64,000 nt of DNA from a virus (Duplodnaviria; Heunggongvirae; Uroviricota; Caudoviricetes). Numbering within the stretch: position 1 is the first letter of the stretch; the number at the start of each line of letters is the position of its first letter. Position numbers and translations under genes: made by a program. The notes under the pieces are model-generated. The model saw only the letters and a program-made list of their open reading frames with translations. It was not told the DNA's origin and searched no databases. Shown piece after piece: positions 38,027 through 47,790 of this stretch. Location: IMG/VR virus record IMGVR_UViG_3300018080_000114. One strand, 5' to 3'.

Positions 38027-38415
38027 GTACAGCAACCAAGATCAAATCTCCGTTTCATACGAAGAGAGGTAAGCTGAAGTTTCACGTGCAGGCTACAAGG
38101 CACATCGCGTACATTTGGCCTACACCTCCTCCGACTACGTTTGGGGAGTTGGGGATTCTGGACATTCCTGAACAGTTCCGTGAGGAGCATCAGGATGGGA
38201 CTGGGATCTTGCTGTCTATTGGTCCTGGCTATTGGGGCAAGGACAAGAAAACAAAGAAGATGAAGTGGTTCCCATCACCAACGGAATTGGTTCCGGGCTG
38301 TCGGGTGTATTTTGATCATAGTGTGCCATGGCATGTCTTGATGGAGGGTCTGGATGGAGAGATGCATAAGGTTGTGTACTGTGGATTTCGTGACATTCAT
38401 GGGCTGGCATTGTGA
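38023..38415 (+). CDS. GroES-like co-chaperonin
   Basis: GI.DIP......G.G.LLSIGPG...L.PG.RV.F..DI.G matches the Cpn10 layout. Confidence 0.55.
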   Translation: MSTATKIKSPFHTKRGKLKFHVQATRHIAYIWPTPPPTTFGELGILDIPEQFREEHQDGTGILLSIGPGYWGKDKKTKKMKWFPSPTELVPGCRVYFDHSVPWHVLMEGLDGEMHKVVYCGFRDIHGLAL

Positions 38416-38440
38416 ACATCTTTATCTCCAGAGCGTATAG
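38414..38440 (+). promoter_or_regulatory. Putative phage-sigma (late) promoter before the terminase genes
   Basis: GAACATCT-N13-GTATAG. Confidence 0.5.
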
Positions 38441-38457
38441 TATGTTAAGGAGGATTC

Positions 38458-39180
38458 ATGGGCAGTGACCTACAAAAGATTGAGGTTGAACAGCGGCTGC
38501 GACTGGCGCTGTTGAGGAACCGGGGAGTCATCCGGGATACTATTGATGACTATGAGCGTGAGTTCGGGGTGCGACTGTCGGACCAGTATGTGATCCGTGT
38601 CTATCGGAAGTTTCGACGTGAGGTGCGTCAGGATAATCTGAGATGGGTGAGCTACCATTTTGCTCAGGAGTTCATTGCTCAGTCTGCAAAGGTGCAGCAT
38701 CAGTTGTCGAGGCAGCTTCAGGAGTACAATGATCGTTCGATCAAGACGGTGTCTATTTGTTGCAGCGCACCAGTGACAACGCATCCTCAGAGTGATCGTC
38801 CTTTGTGTCTGAAGTGTGATCAGCAATGTGATACGAAGGAGACGATGGACAAGGAGATGGAGCGGTTGAAGTTGAAGGTGATTGATAAGCTTCAGCGAGA
38901 GCAGGACCTAACGATGCGGTTCTTGGAGGGTATGGGGTTTCTTCAGAAGCGGAGTGGTCAAGGGGTGCTGGTGAGCGGCCAGGAACCTGTGGCGTTGCCA
39001 GCTGGGGATGGTGTTAGGGCTCCGCAGAAGCCAGATGGCATTGATCCAGACTTACAAAAGGAATTGGACGCATTAGATCCACGTGATGCACAGATGATGT
39101 TGGATGGTGATCTGGAGCTGACGGTGGAATTCGAGGATGATACGGATGAAGATCAGGGGAATCACAAGACTAACACGTAG
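38458..39180 (+). CDS. Probable terminase small subunit
   Basis: Helical protein immediately upstream of and overlapping terL; assignment by position only. Confidence 0.45.
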   Translation: MGSDLQKIEVEQRLRLALLRNRGVIRDTIDDYEREFGVRLSDQYVIRVYRKFRREVRQDNLRWVSYHFAQEFIAQSAKVQHQLSRQLQEYNDRSIKTVSICCSAPVTTHPQSDRPLCLKCDQQCDTKETMDKEMERLKLKVIDKLQREQDLTMRFLEGMGFLQKRSGQGVLVSGQEPVALPAGDGVRAPQKPDGIDPDLQKELDALDPRDAQMMLDGDLELTVEFEDDTDEDQGNHKTNT

Positions 39181-41146
39181 GGAGAGGAAGGCGGCTAAGG
39201 CTGCTCTGATGCACAGACTCTATCGAGAAGTGCCGGTGGATATTGATACGTTCATTGATGATCCACGATACATGGGGAGCATTACGCATGATGCGGAAGG
39301 GTACTGTACGGTGTGGCCGAGATGGCGCTGGGAACTGCGCCAGATGTTCAATGGGGACCAGAAGTACATTCATGTTCTGACTGGAGCCATTGGTATTGGT
39401 AAGACTCGTACTGCCATCCTAGCCTTGTGCTATGTCATCTATCGAATCTTGTGTTACCGAGATCCACAGACTGCCCTTGGAGCCCAGAAGCTGGGTAAAC
39501 TGACGGTGGTCTTTTTCAATTTGACGAAGAGTATGTCAGACAGTCGTGGGTACGGCCTGTTGCAGGAGTACCTTCTGTCGTCTCCATGGTTCCTGAACAT
39601 CGGAACAAAGTTGGGATCGAAGGAGAATCCATACATTCGTCTGCCACATATCGATTTTCGTGTAGCATCTCCGTTGATGAAAGGGTTTGGTGTCCAGGGT
39701 CTTGACGTCATCGCGGCGTTGATGGATGAGGTAGACAATCCAGAGGCTAGTGAGAAGCACCAGAAGCGTGTGGTTGAAGCCTTCGACTCAGCCTACGAGC
39801 GTCTGAAGAGTCGTTTCGTTTACCAGGGGAAGTGTCGCGGGCGGTTCTTCTTGGTGGCATCGAAGCAGGACAGGGTGTCATTCTTGAACACATTCATTGC
39901 GAAGATGCAGAGTTCTCCTGTGATCCGTGTGGTGGACATGCCACAGTGGGAGGCGCAGGCTGGGCGACGTGGTAGGAAGTATTGTGGTAAGGGATTCATG
40001 GTCAGCATTGGGGACCCGTACAATCCTCCGGTGATCATTGAGACTCGTGCTCAGTTGAAAGAAGTTCGGGAGAAGGGTTTCCAGACGATCATCGTTCCTA
40101 TCGAAGAAAAGGATGTGTTCCAGCGTAATATCGTGACAGCGTTGAGAGACGTGGCGGGCATCTCTACATCCCACATCCGATCTACCAAGTTGTTTCCAGC
40201 TGAGAGTAGTATCGCAGTGTGCATGGACAGGGATGTGAGGAATCCGGTGAAGGCAATTACCATCAAGGTTGGGCTTCATGATGACATTGACTTTACGAAG
40301 TTCATTGACTTCACAAGCATCACAGTTCCCCGCAACATTCCTCGATTCATTCACCAGGACTTTTCGTATTCTGGTGAGGGTGATGCGACAGGTATTGCCA
40401 TGTCGTGTCTGAAGGGTTGGACGGAACGTAATCGTGAGTTGCCCGATGGGACATTCAAGAAGGAGAAGTTGGCGGTTGTCGAGACAGACTTTGTGTTGAG
40501 GATCAAAGCACGAGGTGGGGACAGGATTCCTCAGCATAAGATCCGTCAGTTCATTTTGGACTTGAGAGACATATACAAGTTCAACATTCACCTGTGTACG
40601 TTTGACCTGCGAGTGGGCACTGAGGATGGGAAGCAGATCCTGGAGCGTGCAGGCATGAACTGTGACCATCTGTCTATGGACACAAGCCCACAGTACTACC
40701 GTGAGTTTCGGAACATGGTGTTTGAGCAGCGGTGGCATACACCATTCCATCCTTACTTGTTCTTTGAGTTGAAGCACTTGGAAGATGATCAGGTCAAGAA
40801 TCGGATCGATCACCCAGAAGAGGTGCCAGAGATAGAGACGCTGAAGGATGGTAGTCAAAGGCAGGTGGTGCTACGTGGTTCGAAGGACTGTGCAGATGCT
40901 GTGGCTGGGTCAGTAATTTCAGCAATCAAGAACACAGAGGAGCCTCCGGACGTAGAAGTAATGTCGGCCATCCTTGAGAAGATGAAGCCGATTGTTCCAG
41001 TGATCGAAAATGATTTGGGATTGCTGGATGTGAAACGATTCAATGGTCCAAAGGATGACGCACCGTCAACGATGTCTCCTGAGGACATGAGTTCATATGA
41101 AAAATTGTTACAGAAAATGAAAGGCTTACATCGGAGGACGTACTAA
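39137..41146 (+). CDS. terL: Terminase large subunit
   Basis: P.DIDTFI.DPRY; Walker A GAIGIGKT; Walker B ALMDE; nuclease HQDFS...DATGIAM; SKDCADAV. Confidence 0.9.
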   Translation: MIRMKIRGITRLTRRERKAAKAALMHRLYREVPVDIDTFIDDPRYMGSITHDAEGYCTVWPRWRWELRQMFNGDQKYIHVLTGAIGIGKTRTAILALCYVIYRILCYRDPQTALGAQKLGKLTVVFFNLTKSMSDSRGYGLLQEYLLSSPWFLNIGTKLGSKENPYIRLPHIDFRVASPLMKGFGVQGLDVIAALMDEVDNPEASEKHQKRVVEAFDSAYERLKSRFVYQGKCRGRFFLVASKQDRVSFLNTFIAKMQSSPVIRVVDMPQWEAQAGRRGRKYCGKGFMVSIGDPYNPPVIIETRAQLKEVREKGFQTIIVPIEEKDVFQRNIVTALRDVAGISTSHIRSTKLFPAESSIAVCMDRDVRNPVKAITIKVGLHDDIDFTKFIDFTSITVPRNIPRFIHQDFSYSGEGDATGIAMSCLKGWTERNRELPDGTFKKEKLAVVETDFVLRIKARGGDRIPQHKIRQFILDLRDIYKFNIHLCTFDLRVGTEDGKQILERAGMNCDHLSMDTSPQYYREFRNMVFEQRWHTPFHPYLFFELKHLEDDQVKNRIDHPEEVPEIETLKDGSQRQVVLRGSKDCADAVAGSVISAIKNTEEPPDVEVMSAILEKMKPIVPVIENDLGLLDVKRFNGPKDDAPSTMSPEDMSSYEKLLQKMKGLHRRTY

Positions 41147-41742
41147 TGGCAACGGCGATGGACAACTTGGAAGAGACCGTGCATGTGTATCAGGAAAGTC
41201 ATTCTTCTGAGGCGCTGGATGATGTGGTGACACTGTTAGATGGTGTGGTGTTGGGTGTGGTTCACCACATGCTGAGGAGCTACCAAGGAGTGGTGGACTT
41301 GGAATTTGATGATCTGTATCAGATTGGGATTATCGGATTGATTCGAGCATTGGGGACTCTCCCTGAGGGTTATGACGATGATGAGATTCGCATGCGGGTG
41401 GTTGCCTATGTGAAATCTGAAATTGGCAAAAAATTTCGAGAATCTAGGAGACGATTCTCCACCCAACGTCGTATATTATATGGTGAGGAGAGTGTTTCTG
41501 ATGCTCCCATGCATTGTCAGGTGGAAGTGCGTGAGCTTTTTAACCATCTGATTAGTACTGGTGTCATTACACGTGAAGACTTCTACTTCTTGTATCATAG
41601 GTTCGTGGATGAGATTTCTGTTCGGGAGCTGGCTGAGCACTACGGGAAGACACTGCATGGGATCGTGCATTGGGAAGAGAAGCTACTCAAGACATTGCGT
41701 CAGGACATGGCCGTGAGGGGATTTGCAAATGCCGACCTATGA
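41146..41742 (+). CDS. Phage sigma-70-family factor (regions 2 and 4)
   Basis: FDDLYQIGIIGLIRA; C-terminal HTH ISVRELAEHYGKT...I..WEEK.L. Confidence 0.75.
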   Translation: MATAMDNLEETVHVYQESHSSEALDDVVTLLDGVVLGVVHHMLRSYQGVVDLEFDDLYQIGIIGLIRALGTLPEGYDDDEIRMRVVAYVKSEIGKKFRESRRRFSTQRRILYGEESVSDAPMHCQVEVRELFNHLISTGVITREDFYFLYHRFVDEISVRELAEHYGKTLHGIVHWEEKLLKTLRQDMAVRGFANADL

Positions 41743-41977
41743 TTACAAGTGTACGAATTGTGAGTTTCGCTTTGAGTTGTTCCAGAGCATAAAGGATAAG
41801 TCGAAGAAGGTGTGTCCGTGTTGCCGGAAGCATAAGTTGGTGCGGTTGATCGGAGCTGGGGCTGGTATCCTGTTCAAGGGATCTGGCTTCTATCAGACAG
41901 ACTACCGAAGTAAGGGATACAAAGAGGCGAAGAAGGCAGAGAAAACTCGGAAGGATGTTGGAGGAGGAGAAGAATGA
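41729..41977 (+). CDS. FmdB-family zinc-ribbon protein
   Basis: MPTYDYKC..C...FE..Q.I...CP.C...L.RLI.....FKGSGFY.TDY. Confidence 0.9.
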   Translation: MPTYDYKCTNCEFRFELFQSIKDKSKKVCPCCRKHKLVRLIGAGAGILFKGSGFYQTDYRSKGYKEAKKAEKTRKDVGGGEE

Positions 41978-42624
41978 GTGGACCTTTTGTGTTAGGCGCT
42001 TCCGCAAAGAAGCAGGGTGGCAAGAGTACATTCTTGGACATGCTCGGACCAGAGATGGGTGACGTCCAAGTTATCCGAATGGCCGATGAGCTGAAGCGCA
42101 CGGTCATTGATTGCTTTACGCCGTGGGAGTGGGAATTGACGATTGCAGATCTGGAGTCAGATGAGACAAAGAACCGGATGCTCCCTTGTGGTCAGACTAT
42201 TCGGCAGGTGCTTCAGGTGATTGGGACCGACTGGTTCCGTGGCTTGTGGGAAGACTGTTGGATCAATGCGTGGAAGCGACAGGTAGCAGAGTCGGATGCG
42301 GATGTGATCTTCGTGCCGGATGTGCGGTTCCCCAATGAGTTGAAGGCTGTGCAGGATATGGACGGGTTCGTGATTCGATTGATGCGGGCTCCGTTTGCGG
42401 GAGTTGATCAGCATGCGAGTGAGACGGCGCTGGATCATGTGCAGACGTACATGGTGGAGAATGGATTGAGGAACATAGATGATGGGATGTACTTCCCCAT
42501 TCTGGCAGACGAGCGACAGTTTGACTTGATGTTGGACAATCGAGATAAGACATTGGAGGATACGAGAGTGTGGATGCATGAGACATTCCTTCCGTATTTG
42601 GATAAATGGTTGGGGGCGAGATAA
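41974..42624 (+). CDS. Deoxynucleoside monophosphate kinase
   Basis: P-loop-like KKQGGKST; ADELK; RQVLQVIGTD..R; PDVRFPNE; HASE. Confidence 0.88.
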   Translation: MSGPFVLGASAKKQGGKSTFLDMLGPEMGDVQVIRMADELKRTVIDCFTPWEWELTIADLESDETKNRMLPCGQTIRQVLQVIGTDWFRGLWEDCWINAWKRQVAESDADVIFVPDVRFPNELKAVQDMDGFVIRLMRAPFAGVDQHASETALDHVQTYMVENGLRNIDDGMYFPILADERQFDLMLDNRDKTLEDTRVWMHETFLPYLDKWLGAR

Positions 42625-43523
42625 TGATTGTATTTCATCACAATGATCCTGATGGTAGATGTGCAGCTGCAATCGTGCGAATCCGTTACGAGGCTGCGGA
42701 CCAACTGTGGGTGAAGGATGGCACAGGGAAGATGGACTTCGTGGAGCTGAACTACCACACCCATGACTTCCGCGATGTGTTGCCGAATGAGACTGTGTTC
42801 ATCGTGGACTACAGTCTTCCTCCAGAGATCATGAACAAGATCCTGAGTGTCACCAAGGACGTGACCTTGATCGATCACCATGCATCTACTCCTGGGAAGA
42901 TGAAGGAGTATGTGGGTGAGTACACAGCTGTGGTTAAGTGTGATGGTCCAGACTCTGGTTGCTCCCTGACGTGGCAGCATCTGTATCCAGAGGTGGCTGA
43001 TGACATGCCAGAGGCATTGCAGCTCATTCGTGATTATGACACATGGACGCACGCCATCTACCCGGCCTCTACATACTTCACCACAGGACTGAACTTGTTT
43101 GACTGTGATCCTACGAGTATGGTGTGGGAGGATCTGCTGGGCTTTGAACGGAATCCGGACTACGTGGCAGAGGATATCATACAGATTGGTCGCAACTGTG
43201 TGGAGTTCCGGAACAGCTTGGCGAAGACTGCGTGTGATGAGTTCGGATTTGAGACGGAGTGGGAAGGGCACAAGTGCTTCATCATTTACTGCTCCACGAT
43301 GAGATCTTCTCTGTTCTTTGGTGATCGGATCAAGGACTATGATATCTGCATCATGGTGGTGCCACATGGGAATGGTGTGACAATACGGCTGTACTCCGAT
43401 GAGCGAGTGGATGTGTCTGAGGTGGCGAAGAAGTTTGATGGTGGCGGTCACAAGGGCGCAGGTGGGTTTGTGTGTGCGGAGATACCGGAAGCATTCCTTC
43501 CTGGAGGAAAGAAGAATGGCTGA
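42624..43523 (+). CDS. DHH/DHHA1 phosphoesterase
   Basis: HHNDPDG, IVDYS, IDHH, DYDTW, GGGHKGAGG. Confidence 0.9.
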   Translation: MIVFHHNDPDGRCAAAIVRIRYEAADQLWVKDGTGKMDFVELNYHTHDFRDVLPNETVFIVDYSLPPEIMNKILSVTKDVTLIDHHASTPGKMKEYVGEYTAVVKCDGPDSGCSLTWQHLYPEVADDMPEALQLIRDYDTWTHAIYPASTYFTTGLNLFDCDPTSMVWEDLLGFERNPDYVAEDIIQIGRNCVEFRNSLAKTACDEFGFETEWEGHKCFIIYCSTMRSSLFFGDRIKDYDICIMVVPHGNGVTIRLYSDERVDVSEVAKKFDGGGHKGAGGFVCAEIPEAFLPGGKKNG

Positions 43524-44331
43524 GAAGAATCCGAAGCAAGATGGCAGTAGGCTGTGGTCATGTCGTCCGCAGACTGGGAAGTGTCCGAATGGGTGCCCGG
43601 AGTGTTTTTATAATCGCCCAGGAGCTTTCTATTCAGATATCGACAAGCCTGACATTCCCACATCTAAAGAGGTGGGTGGTGGGATTGTGCGTATGAATGC
43701 GGGACATGATTCAAATGTGCAGAAGGAGCTGGTGCTGGAGACGGCGAAGCAGTACAAGCATGTGTTCTTCAACACATCAATTCCTGAGTTTGACTTCCCT
43801 GGACCTGTGGTGTTCACGGCGAACGGGAAAGAGGAGGAGCCAGCTTGGTGTCCCATCGTCAACAAGAGGGGCAAGACAAAGCAGCTCATGCCAAAGAAGG
43901 AACAGCACTATGATCGGATCATGTTCGTGCGGCTACGGGTGTCACCTACGAATTGGAATCTGGTTGAACATGCGGTGGCGTGCTGGACGGCGAAGGACAT
44001 TCCAGTGGTGCTCACATTCATGGCGTATTATAGTCAAGATCCTCCTGGGCTGAAGAAGGAGGGAGATGGGTTCCACATAGAGTTGGATGATAGGTGGGGA
44101 TATCTTGCATACGTCTGGAAGAAGCGCACGATCAATTCGTACTGGTGCCCAACGCAAGAGTACATCAGGCAGTGTACTCAGCACATGAAGAAGTTTGGTG
44201 GCAGGTTGGTGACAATCTGTGGGACATATGATGGGGCCAAGTGTGCGGACTGTCGGAACTGTGAGACATTCTATTGGCAGACGAAGAGGCACTTGGAAGA
44301 AACCGAAGTGATTGTAGGAGAAGAGAAATGA
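43516..44331 (+). CDS. Fe-S protein, radical-SAM-like
   Basis: CPNGCPECFY matches CxxxCxxC; additional C-terminal Cys cluster C..C..C. Confidence 0.5.
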   Translation: MAEKNPKQDGSRLWSCRPQTGKCPNGCPECFYNRPGAFYSDIDKPDIPTSKEVGGGIVRMNAGHDSNVQKELVLETAKQYKHVFFNTSIPEFDFPGPVVFTANGKEEEPAWCPIVNKRGKTKQLMPKKEQHYDRIMFVRLRVSPTNWNLVEHAVACWTAKDIPVVLTFMAYYSQDPPGLKKEGDGFHIELDDRWGYLAYVWKKRTINSYWCPTQEYIRQCTQHMKKFGGRLVTICGTYDGAKCADCRNCETFYWQTKRHLEETEVIVGEEK

Positions 44332-46146
44332 GATTACATGAGTTCGTTACAGTTCAGATGCGACAGGTGGACCAGCAGCGGGTGGCAGTGATCGAGGGGA
44401 AGGCCAAGATCAATCTGGATGCGCTCATTGGTATCATGCCTCACACAGTTCCAAGTGAGATCGAGGGTCCAGATGGTCAGCCAATTGGAACGCCAGCATG
44501 CATGTTGATGCTTCCAGGTGGTCAGATCATCGTGAAGGATACCTACCAGGAAGTGAGTGCTCTGTTGATGGGCATCAAGCTGATTGAGGGGGATGAGTGA
44601 TGTGGGTGGCGGTTGATAAATTCGACTCCCGTCTTCGTGAGTTGGAGGGGTGGATCAGATCCCATGAGGGCTATGAGGATGTGTATCGTATCATCACGGT
44701 GTTTCGTGAGGATGTGGAGGATGTGCTTCGATATGCATACCTTGTCTATGTGGGGCAGCTTCATTACCGTCGTGTTCCCCGTTCACTGTATCCAGCGGAG
44801 TACGTGCGTGAGCCTTTCAAGGTGGCTGTGATTGTGCATGAGGAGAGCGCGGGCGTGGAGCAATTCCAGTGGGCTGACTTTCCTGAAGAGGTCAAGTTGT
44901 GGCTGGCTGGGGAAGAGAGGGGTGCGGCACTTAAGAAGGCCACACCTGCCATGTACCGTCCCAAGCTGAACTTCACTATTGAGGAAGCTGTGTTGCAGGA
45001 TCATCCATATGCGTACATCACTACAGGGGATAAGTATCTGTGGGCTGATGGTACGGTGCATGATAGTGTGGTGACGTCGAAGCTTGAGTTTCATATCCAA
45101 GGGAGATTCAGAGATCGAGCGGAAGCGGCCAAGGTGCTGGATGCGTACAACGCCACGTTTGAGTGAGGTGAAGGATGTTCAAGTGTCCGAATTGTAACAA
45201 GATGTTCATGCAGTGGGATGCACAGAGCAAGGTGCTGAGGTGCTACGGCTCTCGGTGTTGTCAAGTCATTGCGGTCCCCCGTAAGATCTGGGAGGGGAAG
45301 GATTCCCCTCTCAAGGTCGATTTGATCGAGTGCATCAATGCGTGGAGTAGAAGGAGGAGAAGGTAATGGCACATGGGCGTGAAGATTGGAGAGAGCATGA
45401 TGCGGCAGCGGAGCAATGTCGCAATGAGCGGATTGTCCGTCCTGGACCTAGGCGTGGTGGGGTGAAGAGTAAGCCGACAACACCTAAGCCGGATGTGGCT
45501 CCTCCAGGGCAGAGATCGAAACGATATGCCAAGGCTGTGGTGGAGCGTGAGCGTATCGATGTGGGTAAGGAGATGGTGATTAGCGGCCATCTCATGGGTA
45601 AGGACTTGGTGTGCCTGGAGAACATCTGCATCTATGAAGTGCTCCAGGATGAGTGGAACTTGGCGGGCAGAAGTGACAGTGAGGGTGTGGTTACTGGCAA
45701 GATCTGTGGGCGCATCTCTACGGATGGTGGCTTCAGTTTCAATGTGGAGGAGGTGCCAGAGGGCGCTTTCCTCCTCCTTGACTATGAGTACCAGTATGAG
45801 GTTCCTGGTGGGTGTGACAACTTTGGATGCCAAGGTCACAATGGGAGCATGGTATGTCCTGAGTGTAGGGATGAGCACTTCATGTTGTTACGCAAAGAAC
45901 GAGATGAGCTGCGTGAGCAAGTGGAACAGCTAGAACAGCAGATTGTGACTCTCACAGCAGAGCGAGATCAATGGGAAACCAAGTATAGGATGAGCTGAGA
46001 TGGAAGAGCTAGAGATTGGCAAAGAGTACGATTGGTTCGGTCAGCCTGTGAAGCTGATTGCTTTCTTGGGCGGTGGTGAGGCTAAGGTGGAGACTCGGTT
46101 TGGAGCCTTCGCGGTGGCTCAGATCTGTGACTTGGGAGCGTGGTGA
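44328..46146 (+). other. Cluster of hypothetical genes
   Basis: Coupled + strand ORFs 44328-44600, 44597-45166, 45175-45366, 45366-45998. Confidence 0.65.
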
Positions 46147-46550
46147 TGCAGGTATACACTGTGGCTATCGTTGGGTCCAGGGAGTTCACTGACTATGAGT
46201 TGATGGTCAGGTGGATGGGGAGTATCCTGGGTGAGTGTGGCCTGAAGTGGGGATTGGACTGGGATCGTCTGGAGGATCGGCAGCGTGTCTTGGTCATCTC
46301 TGGTGGAGCACGTGGGGCTGACAGCTTGGCGGGCAGGTATGCAAATGACGTGGGCTTCTACTTCACAGAGATACCAGCGTGCTGGGATGTATACGGCAAG
46401 CGGGCAGGGATGATACGGAATACTCAGATCGTGGAGAGTGCAGATCTGATCGTGGCGTTCTGGGATGGAGAGTCCAGAGGAACGGCAGACACTATAGAGA
46501 AGGCGCAACTGATGCAGAAGGACGTGAGGGTGATTTTCTATGAACAGTGA
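46146..46550 (+). CDS. SLOG-superfamily protein (DUF2493/YspA-like)
   Basis: VAIVGSREF, ISGGARGADSLA, AGMIRN, VAFWDGESRGT. Confidence 0.85.
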   Translation: MQVYTVAIVGSREFTDYELMVRWMGSILGECGLKWGLDWDRLEDRQRVLVISGGARGADSLAGRYANDVGFYFTEIPACWDVYGKRAGMIRNTQIVESADLIVAFWDGESRGTADTIEKAQLMQKDVRVIFYEQ

Positions 46551-46835
46551 GATGCTGACCATGTTCTACAAGTGTTCATTCCTGCTGCTGTGTGCGATGC
46601 TCAGCATGCTCTGCTTTGGGAATCCGGAAGGGATCTTCACGTCGGGATCGATTATGGTGGGAGCGGTGGCGCTGTGGATGTGTACGTTCATCCACCTAGA
46701 CCATAAGCTGGATATGCTGAGGGAGGAGATGAGACGTGTCCGTAAGATGTCCCAAGTGCGGGTTGATGATCCAGGCAGATGCCAAGAGATGCCAGTGGTG
46801 CCACTACCCGGAGAAGAGAAAGAAGAGGCATAAGC

Positions 46836-47246
46836 ATGGTAGACCTAAGTAAGCTGTTCAAGGTGCAGCAGGAGCTGAACGTGAGGTGCGGGTTCCGGGC
46901 CGAGGATATCTTTCTGGAGGATGGGAAGATTGATGAGCAGTTGGCCGGGATTTGGGTGAACAACTTCATATCGGGAGCGTATTCAGAGCTAGAGGAACTG
47001 AAGGATTGTACCCACTGGAAGCACTGGTACAAGGAGGCACGAGACGGCAAGAGGTTCCGACTACACGATCAGGAGGGAGCCAGGAAAGAGGTGGTAGATC
47101 TGTTGTTCTTCTGGATGAGTCTGGCGCAGGCGGTGGGCATGACAGCCGAGGATGTGGAGAAGGCTTTTCTAGAAAAAGCCAAGGTGAACCATCAGCGCCA
47201 GGATGATGACTGCACGAGTGAAGAGGCGAAAGGGTATGTGAGATGA
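46836..47246 (+). CDS. Dimeric all-alpha dUTPase / MazG-like NTP pyrophosphatase
   Basis: SELEEL....WKHW; E.VDLLFF; KAKVNHQRQ. Confidence 0.85.
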   Translation: MVDLSKLFKVQQELNVRCGFRAEDIFLEDGKIDEQLAGIWVNNFISGAYSELEELKDCTHWKHWYKEARDGKRFRLHDQEGARKEVVDLLFFWMSLAQAVGMTAEDVEKAFLEKAKVNHQRQDDDCTSEEAKGYVR

Positions 47247-47659
47247 AGATCTTTGAGTGGATAGGGAAGAGTTTCCTGGTGGCTATGGTGTTCATCGTGG
47301 CGTCTATAGGGGCGGCTGTGTTGTTGGCTGGTGGGTGTCTATTGGCTGATACTGTGGGCTCGGCATTGATGGGGCTGGGCGTACTGTTGATCGTGTGCTT
47401 GGTGTTGGGAGCGAAGTGGACATGGGGAAAAGACTCAACCTTTTAATAGAAAAATGCGGTGACTGTCCCTTCTGTAGGTATGATTGCAACTACGGAATGA
47501 GTTATGATTCAGGGTGGGATTGTCACCATCCAGAGGCAGAAGGGTTCCGTATTCCACAGGAGGGAGTGAGTGAAAAGGAGTCGGCTGAGGCCACTAAGAC
47601 ACTGCCAGATTGGTGCCCATTACCCAACGCAAAAGAGGTGAGTCCACCACTGATTCAGT

Positions 47660-47790
47660 AAAAAAAATTGCAAAATTCTCAGATTTTTCCGAACAGAGAG
47701 GGGTCGAGATATTTATATAGAGGTGGAGGGGTACGTTTTCTGGGTGGTTTTGTCGGATAGAACGTACCCTATGTTTGTTTTTGGGCCAGA
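47660..47790. promoter_or_regulatory. AT-rich intergenic region with an inverted repeat
   Basis: A8 tract, TTGCAA, ATTTATATA, and GGGTACGTT (47729-37) / AACGTACCC (47761-69). Confidence 0.4.

Noticed and set aside
25007-41146. Inteins or group I introns in polA, recA, dnaB or terL
   Set aside because: Lengths and motif spacing are ordinary; no intein C1/HN-C junction or LAGLIDADG blocks were noticed.
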